Source: Ascidiella aspersa
Taxonomy: Eukaryota
Reading direction: 5' to 3'
Assembly: GCA_963924565.1 (NCBI GenBank)
Contig: OZ004612.1
Coordinates: 6,262,001 to 6,326,000 of the forward strand
DNA length: 64,000 bases
Numbering within the stretch: position 1 is the first letter of the stretch; each line of letters starts with the position of its first letter. Made by a program: the position numbers and the translations under genes. Below are positions 10,997 to 24,100 of the stretch, one piece after another. A model generated the notes under the pieces. It was not told the origin of the DNA and made no database searches. It saw only the letters and a program-made list of their open reading frames with translations.

Positions 10997-12795
10997 CAAG
11001 ATGCTGTCGATTTACTCGACCTTTTTGGCTTTGCAAAAAAATTATTTGCAATAAAGAAAAACACGTCTGCTTTCAGAAATAGCGCGACAAATAGGTTTAT
11101 GACGCAAAATCGTGTTTGGTGTCGACCGATGCTTGAGAGTGCAGACCGTGTAAAAACGCTCATATGCAGATATCAGTGCTGGATTTTTTGTTTGTAATGT
11201 ATATTAGATCAAATGTTTCAGACACTTTCACCATTTCAGAAAAACGCTCATAATATACTACAAGGAAACTGAAACAATTTAAAATTTATGTGGAGTAGTT
11301 TTAAGTACTTTAAAGCTTAGAATGCAGTACTTTTTCTGTCAAGGAACGCCATTTTTTCAATAGCGGATAACACACAGCCGGGAATGCCAATTTGGCTCTT
11401 TGCAGCTCAATATGTGTACATATTAACCTTAAACAAACAAAAAATTGTATAATTTTCTCCTTTCATTTTGACAAATTAACAAATTCTCGCAGTTAAATCG
11501 TGTGCATAGAAAATTAAAAAAAAAGAGTAATTAGGAACTTTCGCGTAACTGTGAGATTATTTATTGACCAAACTAACAAATATTGCTGTGTCTGACTTAA
11601 CTTATCGTTTATAGTGTTTTATGAAAGCAAACTTAGATGTTTCATACTGCGAAAAAAAATATAGTAGAACATTAAATTTCAAAGAGGTAATTAGATCCTT
11701 AGAATTCGCAGCAAAACGCTTGAAAGATACGATTGTGCGATTCAAAAACAGGTTAGGGTTAACCTATAATGCTATTTACTGCAGTCAGATCAGTGGTAAA
11801 AACAGAATAATTTTCCTTTTGGAATTGCAATGACAAATTTAATACCTGAATGGGTTAAAATTATCCGAGACAACGTCATAACAGAACGCCTGAAACGAGT
11901 AACCTCAGTAAACCTGAGGTTGTCGTTAGGTTAAGTGCTCAAACGCAACTGAAGTCGTTGTTTAAATACATTTAAGCGCCTGGCGAAAAAGGTCTGGAAA
12001 AATAAGATTTGTTTTCAATTCTAACAGGTCAAAATTTTGTCAAAATAAATTATTTTTAGGTCAAAATTTGTCAAAAATTTAATTTTTCAGGTCAAAATTT
12101 CTTAATTTTTAGGTCCAAAAACCTTCGCCCTACGCAAAGCAATAACAAAGTGGCGCGAAAAAAAGAAAACACGATTTATTTTTATTTTTATTCGATAATT
12201 AAAAATGTACATTCAATTAAAACTAACGATTTATGAGTTGGATATTAAAAAGATTTTCATTATTAAGGAGATGGTTGTCCGATAATATCGGATCGGAGAC
12301 GATACTCGATACCAGGTGTATTTTTTTTATTAAGGCCAATGTACCTTGGTTAAAATTTATATTTTATGTGTCGTGATATTTTTCAAACGCTTGATAACTG
12401 AGATCAAATTACCATATTAATTTGATCTCAGTTAAAAAACGTTTGAAAGAATTGACGTCGGATTTGATGGTCGTACTTCATATACAAAATGTCGGGTAGG
12501 TCTCTGTGTATTTAAAATGACTAATATTTACAAATTTAGTTTTCCACCTTATTCTGTTTGGCTGTAATTGAGTTGTTTAATCTTGTTGGATACGTTTAAA
12601 ATTGACCGGAATCGATAAGTTCCACCACAACATTAGGCAATCGTTTACGGATTTCACATGTTTTAACAAGCAGCATAATTATCTGGTAAAATTTTTTCAA
12701 ACTAAGTATTTCTATTGTAGGAACAGGAAATGTCACAAATCACTAAATAATAGCTGTTTGAAAAATTTCGAAAGATTCGACGGGATTGCAATAAT

Positions 12796-15620
12796 TTAGC
12801 ATGTGCTGGCATATCCAAGGTGATCCATTTCACGGGCCAGCTGGCACATACCACACGGCTTCATAAAGCTGTTCATCACACAGCAGTCGCCACAGATGCT
12901 CCCCTGTTTAATAAAAATAAATTGAAAAGGACAGTTACACAGATATCTTATGAGGAACCATATCAAATACTAAATTCTAAACTGTATTAAATAGTACACA
13001 GAAAGCCAACGCAGACTCGCCGAAGTTGTCGATCAATGATGCAAGCAAGGCAGGCTATAACAAAACAACTTGTCTGCAGTGAGGTTCGTACTCACGACCT
13101 CCGGTTATACCGGGTCCGTTACTCTACCGAATGAGCTAAACAGGCTCGAATGTAAGTTCAACGCTTGTATCATTAGTGCGCCTTATAGGTATGTCAAACG
13201 CTTTTAGCATTGTAAGTTCAAACGGTTATTTTTCCAAGTCCAGTCTTTTGCAAAAAATAACAATTCAAGTTCCTTTCTAAGCCATCAATTGCCCAAGTCT
13301 GCGTCAAAGTCTGAGTGAAGTCACATTAAGAGCTATTTAACTTTATGTTCATTCATTAACATTCGAAATTAAACGTTAAACTATTAAAATCGGTAAACTC
13401 TCCCGTTTATGAGCAATAACTCAACTAAAAATAATAAAAACGTAATAGACAGAAAGCAAATTAATTTACGTGCACAATTTTAGATAAACCTAATTGTTAA
13501 AAAAAAAATAATTGATTGAAAACATTAATTTTAGCCCGAGTTTTTTGACAAAATGATTCAAGTCCAAGTCAATTTATTTGTCCGAAAGACTTAAGTCAAG
13601 TCAAATCATTTGAAAGCATTGACTGAAGTGCACTTAAGGTCAGGTCATTGACGTAAATCATTACAACCCTGAAAACAAAGGCTTCGCTGCGAAATGCCAT
13701 AAATTTCCAGCAATCGTACCGGTATGTTGTGTGTTCCGCGAAACCTTGACCTCATAGCCATGTGACCCCCAGGAACGCAGCCAGCGCCTTCACCGGAACA
13801 ACCAACACAGCAGTTTTCGTTCATTCTTACCGCCAAGGCACCAAAGTAGTTGTGGCAGCAGCAGAGGACGCAGCAACCTGTTCACACGACAGTTTAATGT
13901 TGCTTCTATATTATGTTCCGGAATAATCAGAAATGTTGTAAACAAGTCATTTTGAAATAACGTAATTCTCAGTCAAGACATTTGTGAAATAATTTAAGTC
14001 TTAGTCAAGTCCAAAATAGCAAGTCAATTCCCAGTCCAAGACAAATCTCAGTGAAATCATTAGAGCAAGTCATATTTAACTTAAACCACCATTGTAATAA
14101 TAACACAACTTACCGTGAAATTTGGTAAATTTAATAAATAATGAGCAATAATCAATTCAACTAAAAAAATAACGAAAAAACAACATGTAGCATTCTAATC
14201 GTTTTACGTGCAAAACTTGAGATAAATAGCTTTTATATTAAAATGAATTTTATATTAAAATGTTGAATGAAAACACTTGATTTTAACCCAATCAATGACT
14301 TATTTTTTTTTCATTACCAAATACGACTTGAGTCAAATCAAGTATTTTAAATACATGCTACTTAATATTTCAAATCAAGTCTAAAAGAGTTTTTTTCAAA
14401 TGTTTTCACTGGATCTTACAACACTGTATTGTTCCGTTTTATAAGTTTGAAGTGTATGAGGTTGGTTATTCCAGTTTAATTGTCTTGACGTTTTTCGTCT
14501 CGATGGCGTTTGACCAAATCAAAATTCCCTCAAAGATTTCGTTCCTGTGTTTTCACCTTTTAGTCCTACTACAAGTGGACGCGTTGATCCTAAATGAATG
14601 TCCTACTACTAAACAAACGCGTCTTTAGTGACGAAGAACCTATACAACGCGAAAGTCATAAAACGTTTTGCAACGGCCTTGGTGAAATAGTTTAAAGAGA
14701 TGGAATGCGTTTTTACTGTCTCGCTTTTATTTCTGGTTTAATAGTTCTGTAGACTGTAGGTAACAAAAAAGTTCAACAGCATTGCAATAAAAACCAAGCC
14801 CGAAACGTAAAGTTTTAAATACCGTAGTCAAACATGCCAAGTTTTACAACCGTTAGTTTCATTAAGCCAATTTGACAAAGTAAAAAACACTTGACTTGAC
14901 TTAAGTGGTTTCACAAATCACTTGATTGGGACATAGGTATTTTAAAAATGACTTGCTTAAAAACACTGTTAAATGAAATTGGTCTGCTCTTCAAAGTGAT
15001 TTGCCATTTGTTGTCACTTACAACTTTTGATGTCTTTGTAACACTCGCAGAGACCGCTGCTCCAGTCCACAACGGCAGCCTGCTGCTGTACAACCGTGGT
15101 TGTTTGGATGACAGGCTGTGCTGTTATCACTGCAGGGTTGGGCGAAATGTTGCTGAAATCTGGCGGCTGACCTTTATTCATGTAGGGTCCCTGTAGCATA
15201 AGAGTTGCGGATTCTCGGCAGGTAAAATACACGGGTCTATTAACAAGTGTAACCAAACGGGGATAACAATGGTTAATTTGGTACGAGCATGTTATTTTGA
15301 ACCAAAATTGGCGCGAAACAAACATTGTTGCGCATCTATATTTTGAATTTATATAGGCCGAGGTAATATATTGGGATTATAGTTACATAAACAAAGTAGG
15401 TCACAAATTAGGATCATCATATGATAGGCCCTACCTAAATTAATTATAAGTATTTTGTGTTCAGTATAGTCTTAAGACCTTAAGTTATGTTGATTATGAT
15501 AGCCAATTTTGATTTCGTTTAGATATAGAATCGGAGCTAATATATGGTAACTTGTACACGATATTTAAAAAAACGATAAATGGGTATATAGGCCAAATAA
15601 CTTACTCTATCCATCTCCAT
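12796..15620 (-). CDS. PLAC8/cornifelin-family Cys-rich protein, paralog 1 (4 coding exons)
   Basis: Exons 15620-15606 (MEMDR), 15190-15022 (GPYM...VITAQPV...DWSSGLCECYKDIKS), 13877-13720 (CCCVLCCCHNYFGALAVRMNENCCVG...AMRSRFRGTHNIP), 12903-12796 (GSICGDCC...PCGMCQLAREMDHLGYASTC*); all GT-AG, phases 0/1/0. Confidence 0.9.
13020..13148 (-). mobile_element. tRNA-derived SINE head
   Basis: Minus strand TAGCTCATTCGGTAGAG (A box)...GAGTACGAACCTC (degenerate B box); related to 59240-59455. Confidence 0.6.
13210..13671. mobile_element. AAGTC-repeat hAT-like MITE (decayed)
   Basis: AAGTC arrays; ends TTACAACCCTG; same family as 60119-60627. Confidence 0.65.
13932..14426. mobile_element. AAGTC-repeat hAT-like MITE
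   Basis: TGTTGTAAACAAGTC...TTACAACACTG, homologous to 60119-60627. Confidence 0.7.
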
Positions 15621-17189
15621 AGTGAATGCAGGTAAATATGCTTATAGTTCCAAACAAAACTAGCAAATAATAAATCAATTAGGTTTAAATTATGTGTGCC
15701 CAATCGGATTTAAGTAGAACCAAAGTGGTACAGGTAAAAACATGAAAAAATCAGAAAATAACAAAAACTTTGAGTCCCTTTTATGGTCTCATGGTTAATA
15801 TTGGGTAATAAACTAAGCATAAATCTTTGCTTGTCTGGTTATTTTTATTTGGAATTTTACTCTACGTTTCTAATTAGTTTTAATCATTCCAAAATCAACA
15901 AAGTTATGACAATTAAATTTTTCCATTTGAATTTTTCTAAATTTTGGTAGGAGGCCTACTGGTGAACTTCTATCACCCGAAGCGATATGGTAGATTCTAC
16001 GTGTGCTTAGCTGTGGCCATAATTGCCAATTTCGAAGTTCGACATCCAGTAAAAAAAATATTAGCAAAAAAAGCCTATAGTGATTGCATAGAGTTTTCAA
16101 CATTGCCTTCAGGACGCGTTTTTGAAAAAGCTTCATTTTAATAAAAAGGCTATTTTTTAATTGGCAACGGGAGTTTTGCTCAGCGTTCGTATAAATAAAA
16201 AACATTTTAAAACCTACATATTTTGGGCTTCAGGGTTTAGCCTACATATATTATTATGTTATTCCAGTTTGAATTTTATTTATGACTTCTGTCCTTTTTC
16301 ACATAATGTGTATTTCACAAAGGTTCGTATGATTTATTCCATTATCCACATATGTAGGCCTATTAGCTTTAGTAATTCTATAAGCGCAGGGCAATAGAAC
16401 ATCAGCAATACTGCTTAGCCCGAAAAAAAGGAATTTTAAACGGAGGCTTAAAATGCTTGCTTCCGAATTTGTCATATAGGTTAAACTTCCCAGCTTTTCG
16501 AACTATATTGAAAATAAAATTAGAACTTTTCAGTTTACCCAATTTAAGCTGAACTACGGAATTCGCGAAACCTAGAAATTTAACTCAAATTTAACCTATA
16601 AGCCTTATCAATTTAATCAATTGAAATAAAATGAACTTTATTCTTTATAAGAATGTAAACGGCTAATATTTGCACGTTAAGACTAGCGTTCGAATTAGAC
16701 AACTTTAGAACTATTAAGTATAATCCGACCTACAGTCCTCAAGAAAAAAACTTAAACTTTTCCTTAGGCCTACACCAAAAAACACCACGGTGAGTATTTT
16801 ACCCTGATTTGTTTTACGTTGATACTTTTGCTGCAATGCTACTGTTTTTACCTTGACTGCAATTGCCAAGCGAGGTAGCCGTATGAGTGGGCTGTAAAAA
16901 GTTTTCAGCGGGCAAACGCGACCGGAGTTTTACATACAACTTGTCTTTGTCGGAGAGAAGCAAGGTAAACTTTTTCGTAGAACTCATTTTTTGTGACAAA
17001 TCGATTCGGTTATTCAACTGTCTTTGTCGGAGAGAAGCAAGGTAAATATTTAACGCGAAAGCTCACAATGGAATTCACCACGCGATTCATCTGCAGGGTT
17101 TAATAGAAGTTTTTCAGCCTGCGTTGTCATGTATGGTTTTCGTCAATCGACGTGCCCGCCATTTCTATAGGGTTAATTTACATTTAAAT

Positions 17190-17494
17190 CAGTGCTTCTC
17201 AACCTATGGGTCGCTGTTTGATTTGGTTGGGAAATATTTATACTAATTGAGATTGGTACCAAGCAAAATTTCTCAATTAAGAAAATTAAGGAAGCAATAC
17301 AAATAATGTCTTATAATAACTATTAAAATTCGAAGTTCTTTATGCTAATGTCTAATTTTTCTTCGCTTACATGAACCTAGTTTTTATTTCGCTAACAAGA
17401 AAAAACAATTGGGTCGCCAAAGCTTAGGCCTACTCGTCATAATTAATTAAATCTTAATATTTGGGTTGCCGCGAAAAAAGGTTGAGAAGCACTG
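17190..17494. mobile_element. hAT-type MITE
   Basis: TIR CAGTGCTTCTCAACCT / AGGTTGAGAAGCACTG; 8-bp TSD ATTTAAAT/ATTGAAAT (7/8). Confidence 0.85.
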
Positions 17495-18123
17495 ATTGAA
17501 ATGAAGGTGCCACACCTGGTAACCGGATCTCGGATCATTATTCCACTCACTTTGTAAATTTTGGGAGTGATAGTCTGCGCCACATTTTATACGATTATTT
17601 TTTAATAATAGCCATAAATGTACAATGGAACCAAAATTAGACGACAAACAGTCAAAAGTGTAACAGATTAAGCCTGTAGAAGGTTTGCATTGAATTAGAG
17701 GAAAAATGAAAATTAATCGAGACTGCTCATAGAATTGTTGTAGGCTACCGTACTTCTAATGTACGGTAACTAACAATTACATTTTAGTGCAAATGAACAC
17801 TAGACTACGTCGCTTTACAAAAATCAGGATCATATAGTTTAGCGGCAATGCACTTAATTGTATTGTAAATACGTTGCGGAGTGACTACAGGATTAATAAA
17901 CAAAAGTAATCTATTGTACAGAGCGACAAACAAAAAAGAATAATACTGAACGGAAGCCTTGTAGGCCTACATGAAGTTCCGATACTGCTTGCCGCCATCA
18001 GGGCCTAGACTAGGCCAAACAAAAAAATATACATTCAGCTACTAAGCATTTAAAAAGGCCGCGCGACCGGGCCACGAATCTAGGCCTCAGGGAAGGTCCT
18101 AAAAAGCGGCCCGGAAGTATATT

Positions 18124-21100
18124 TTAGCAGTTGTCGGCGTATCCCAGTCTGTTCATTTCCCTGGAGAGCTGGCACATGGCACATGGCTTGCAGCAATAGA
18201 TCATGCAGCAATCGCTGCAGATGTTGCCCTGCCGAGGAAAATAGTTTTGCCTGGTGAGACAAACAATATTTTAAGTGTCATTATATGAGAGCACATTCGA
18301 ATACGCTATTTTATTACTTTTGTGATTAAAAATTCCGGGCCAAGCTTGGCTGGAGCCCTCTTTTCAGGGTCAACTGTTAGTTAAATCGGGCTTATTTCCA
18401 TGGAAAAGACAGACCAACTCGAATTATTTCATTATATTGAGGCACCAATAATTCCGTGGTGCTCCCTTTTCCTTGGTGGCCTAAGTACGTGCTTTTTTGC
18501 TTATTAAATCCAGCCCTACTGCTGTAGTTTATGTGAAAACCAAAAATAAACGCAATTCCCCGTTAACGCATAACTTTTTACGTCTAATTTCTTGTTTTAA
18601 GCTGCCATTTTTTTTTCGCAGAGTGAAACGCCTGCCGAGATAGACCGATATATCGGTTTATTGATAACATCGACGATATTTGGCTTCTACCAATATATCG
18701 GTAAATGTAGGCCGATATTTTAGTAGCCTACTAAAATATAATAGAATTTCTCCTGTACAACAAACAACCCAATTTTGATCAAAAAATTAGGTTTTAGCTA
18801 CACAGTAAGTTAATATGCAAAATATTAGTTTATATAATTAATAAAGGTATATAAACTAAACATTACTGGAATTTTATTTTTAATAATTCAAGTTTTGAAC
18901 ATTTCCCAGGTATATAAAAAAATCGGCATCTGTTAACAAAATTATAAAAAAAATCGGGTATCGGTCCAAAAAAGTGATATCGGTCGATCTCTAACAATTA
19001 CCTAACTAAAACAATAAGCAATGGTATTGCTGAGTTCTTATCTATAATATAACTGTGTTATAGTTAATAACACATCAATATACAATTTCTGAAAAATTGC
19101 GTTAAGGTAAAAGGAGTATGTAGCCTTAAGTTTTTAAGTCATATTTATCAATGAATTTAAAAAGAACGGACGAACCAAATAAAATAATAACAAAATATGA
19201 CACCAAAAATCCCACAATCGCGCAAAATTGGGCTCCCAATTTGCGTGTGTGGTACAAATTGTTAAAAAGCAATAATTATTTACCACGTCATCAGGTTATG
19301 TTTGCTAAAACAGAGCAGTTCCATGGACGTCGAAATATCTTGTTTATGTTGTTTGTTTAGATTTGTACTTTTGGTTTCTAAGCGTACCTAAACTAGCTTG
19401 ATATCTCCATCTAGCGGCAACAAAAACACAGATGTTTAACGAGATAATATGATTTTTTGGCAGTGTGAGCGATGTCGACCAAATAAAAGACATAAATAAT
19501 CTAGAAATGTAATGCTCAGATGCACACAACTGTGTTTAACGACAACGCCAAAATTTCATGGTGTTAAGTATATGCTTTTAAACTTTTAAGAGATTGTTTT
19601 TTTTGTTCAGACTTTAAAATTTACAAAGCACCAAGCCAAGCACTTCAGAATTAAAAATCATGATAAAACAACCGATATGAAAAACATAATGTTTTAAGTT
19701 TTTAAAGTATATAGGTTTGAAACAATGAATAAAAGGTCACAACAGAAAACCAAAGTGTTTAACATAGCACATACTAAAAGTTTCTACAAAGTGCAGTGTT
19801 TAAGCTAATATCTTTCACAGTTAGCAAAAGTTTGCTTTGTTCTAAATATAATATATTATACACAATGACACAGCATGTAGAGAAACAGAAAATTTCTTAA
19901 AACATATAACACGAAATAGTTTACTTTCAAGTAGCACACTTTGGAAGTACATTAGAAAAAGGCAATATGGGCTGCACCTTAAATTGAGTGTTATCCGATT
20001 GTGCAAAAGTGTTAAAAATGTTGTGCCAGCTTTGTGTATTGCAAAATGCTAATTTTGTTACTTGAATCGGAGTTACGTACAAGTTATAGAGTTTGCTACA
20101 CAACAAAAGTTGCAAGCCGGAGTACAAAAGTTGAGGTTTTAAAAGGAAACACAATGGTGTTACCGCACTTTGAATTGTGGCATTCGATACGGAAGAATGC
20201 CTCATCACTTGCACTGAAGCATATTTCACAGGCATATGTGAAACACTCAAAAAACTGCATTCATCACCATCACTCTCTTCAAACGAATTGCTTCTATTAT
20301 TCACAGATGTTGGTGGCTGGAGATATTCCATTTCCAAGCGAGTCTTCTTTGCATTTTTGTAGACAACATAGAAAGCTTGTATGGTAGAGGCAGCTGCATT
20401 TCTCTTACAAATTTCCTTTTTTCTTTTGATGCGAAGTTGAGCTTTCATCTGTCTGAGTCGCCAAGTTCTTTGAAAGCATGCAGCTGCTTCATTTCTCTGA
20501 GCTATAAGGATCGCTCTTTCTTGCCGACAAAACCACTTTGCCCTCAATGCACGCCACCAGGGAATGATTGTCTTAACACTGTCCAGCATAGCTTGAACCC
20601 TTTCCTTATGCAGGATTTCATACAACTCTGCGCTGAGGAAAACTGAAGAGCTTCCGAACTGGCAAGAGCTTGAAAAATCAATTGTCGCATAGGTGTTAGA
20701 TAGGTTTTTCATAATCAGTTCACACTTTTCAGTGGGGGACATGTGATGAAAATCCTTCGTTATGATACGATTTGTGCGCCGAGAGAGTAGAAATGAAAAG
20801 TTGTTAAAAAACTGTTGATAGCGCATTTTGTGTGGCAAAAAATGCCCACAAACCTGAATTGTTTCTATGATTCCGGAGGATTTTAACTGCTCTACAACAT
20901 GAAATGAGTCAAAGCGTTTTGGCAGCGATTCCTCATTCGGCTTGATACATCTGATGTAATGGCAATTCGTAGATGCCATTGTTTTTAACAGATTGTCTAA
21001 CGATAGCTTGAATTGTCTCAAAACGGTTTTGTTGTGTTTTCCTTTGTTTGCTTCGTGGTTTGTCTTGAGGCCTGGTTTCTGCTGCAGCAGACAATTTAAA

Positions 21101-24100
21101 AACTCGTTTTTGCTGTCAAGCAAAATCTCTACAATTTCAGCAGGCAGCTCATCCTTGTTTTTGGCGATTAAGCTGTCCGTTGTGTACTCTACCTTGTTTG
21201 CATAGTGGCTCACAACAAAACAAGGTGCTGCCTTATATTGCTTCGAAATAAATCTGTCTTTCTTAAAAGTCTGAAAGATTCTGTTCATAAGCTGAACAGC
21301 GTTTGTTGACCGGTTTAGTCTACACTCTTCATTTAACAACGAAAACAAGCTGTTTTGCGGTGATTCAAGTACCCGAAGGCATTCTATTTTATCAACAAGT
21401 TCAGACGTGTTCCAGATTATGTGCTCGTGACTTAGTTCCTCCTGCTGTTGCTTGAGAAAGTTTTCAACATAATAATGCTGAAGTTTTTCGTTTGCGTAGT
21501 TTATGCAGAGCTGCTCGAGGCCGTTTCGTTGAAAGCTCTCAAATCCGTAAATGTCAAGGAGGCCAATAAAACTTTGCACTTTATCATTGGCAGCGGAAAT
21601 TTCACTTACAATCTCAGAAACGATCCAGTGGAACAGCATCTCATAAATAGACTTCATCAAAGATTCCATACGGGCTGCACACTCCTGTTTGGTGCAGGAC
21701 TTCTTCACCACACTTCTTCTTTTTCCCTCTCGCTTTCGCCCAGCTTCTATGCGACGCACAGTAACAGATTGCACGAGGCTATTAACCGGAACAGCCAGGA
21801 TAAAAGCGGCAACCTTTAAATGCAGCTGGCAGTTTTGGCTTGGCATACAAGGATTAAAGTCGTCATCGCCTTTCAATTCAACATTACTCAGATGCAAAAG
21901 CGCAGAAAGAACCTTGAATATTTCGCACTGCTTCTGGGATGAAATTCCAATGGCCAGCATGGCTTTCTTTGTTACACTGAAGGCTGCCTCCGTTTCCATA
22001 AAGTTGTTGCCAGCAGACTGCTGAACATTGTGTTCACCTAGATTACACTGCATTGACTTTTGGAATGAAACATTGCTGTTGATATTTGAGTTGTCGCCTG
22101 CTTCAAAATGATTGATGTCCAGGCAGAATTTTGATTTTTCTTCTGGTGTGGTTCCATTAACAAGCTGATAAAAAATGTGAAAGTTTTTCTCTGCTGAATC
22201 ACGCTTTGCTACCCTTGTTTTTTCAAGCAGGTAAATTTGAAGAGTTGCACCAGCAATATGGCCAGACCTATCATACTGCAGCTGAATGTACTTCCCAAAC
22301 CGACTGCTGTTATGATTTCTCGCCGTCGCAGCATTGCCAAAGGCTTCTAGGACTGGGTTTGAACTTAAAATCCTTTTCTCGATTTGATGTTGCTTCGGAA
22401 AGTTAATGTCATATGTTGCATTACAAACAGGCTCATCTGAATGTGACATATCATTGTTATTTGTGTCTATTCCAATGTAGGTAAGGTAATGCATGAGGCA
22501 TGACACGGTCCACGTTTTACCAGCCCCGCTTTCACCGCTAATGACAATAGACTGATTAGAAAGACCAACACCAATTTCCATGTCCCTTCTGGCACGCTCA
22601 ACGACAGAAAAAACATGAGCAGGCATGGCTCCCAGTTCAGCCATCGTAGCTCGATGATAGGCAAGGATCATTTTGCGATTGAACATCTCTGTAAACTCCT
22701 GAAAGGGATTAATGGCAAGAATAGTTCCAGAACCAAGCTTGCGATAAAATACACCACATTCGTACATTGCACGTAACGAGTAGAGAACCGCCGGTGTGTT
22801 GAGCGATGTCATTTTCGATAGGTCGGAATGAAAATATTCACCCTGCATTTCTTCGTCAAAGCAATTCCAAGATGCAACTGAGTGAATATCCCTTCCGTGC
22901 AGTTTCATGGAGTTTCCGCCTAACGTAACAACTTCAAAATAATTGTCATTGTGTACTTCAGCTATTCTGACAGGACTCCAAACAGAGGTGTCATCTTTTG
23001 CCCAAACCCACATACCCTCATGGAAAGTTATACCGGATTGGGCAGCCATATTTAAAGCTGTGTTTTATAAAAATGTCAATCAGCACAGCAGGTTATTTAT
23101 GCAACTCTATTGGTAAAACTAACTTAGACAAACTAAAATCTGATGAATGATAATAGAAAATTAATGCCTGTCATTTTAATAATTACCAGTGATTAAAAAC
23201 TGGACTAAACAACTTTGAAACCTTTTAAAAACGCATAACAAATTAATAATATAATATATACCCAAAAATCATTTTGAAAAATTATGTTTACAATAAATCA
23301 CAATATTTAACACTTATATATATATATATATATATCTGAAACCCAATACCATGCAGCTAGCAAATGACCTGTCTTTTAAACTTTGCTTTAAAGGATATGT
23401 CAATCAAATAGTCACGACCCCAAAAGGATAACGTCAGAGTATAATTACTTCTCAAGCTAGTTAGTTTGGTCTACACCTCTAAACACTGAAAGTGTGCGAC
23501 AAATCGTTTGAAGTGCTATAACTTATGTATGTTTTAGCTAAAATGCAATTATGTAACATGAATTAAAAAAAATTAATGAGTTTTACGAATTTAAGTTTTA
23601 ACTTATTAAAACTAACGAAAATTACAAGCATGTAATTGTAAATTTAATAATTGTCTCTTTGCTCTACCTCAGCACGCAATTCGGCGCTGGTCTAGAATCC
23701 TACCACAACGAAACACCATTTGGATTAGGGTGCGGGTTAGCGTTTGGGTTAAGGTGGGTCAAGTATTATTATTAAACAAAGAATATAATAATACTTGACC
23801 CACCCACACCCGAACGCTAACCCGCACCCTAACTCAAATTTTGTGCGTTGATTTTAGAACTGTGGTAGGATTCTAGACCAGCGCCCGCAATTCTGCAAAT
23901 CACTCCTCAGCGCTCGATACTAATCCTAAAATTAATCCGGTGTTTTTTCTAGACTTTTTCAAAAATCTGCCCGAAGCATTTTTAAAGTTGACCTTTGCAA
24001 TTATTCGAGCGCGGCGAACCGAAGCGCAACACCTGTCCAATAACGTAACGTTTCTATTAAATTTCACGCAAACCAAAATTTTAATTAACTTGCTCTTGAT

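Larger units (their letters stand above)
10833..11040. repeat. Foldback element: 53-bp perfect inverted repeat carrying two back-to-back hammerhead cores
   Basis: 10896-10948 is the exact reverse complement of 10959-11011 (10-nt spacer), with imperfect pairing further out; related copy at 42609-42756. Confidence 0.9.

Noticed and set aside
12025-12120. AGGTCAAAATT short tandem array as a nuclear-receptor element or CRISPR-like array
   Set aside because: Simple minisatellite without unique spacers, in a eukaryotic context
13075-13148. tRNA gene
   Set aside because: Imperfect cloverleaf and altered B box, with decayed relatives in the window; better explained as a SINE head
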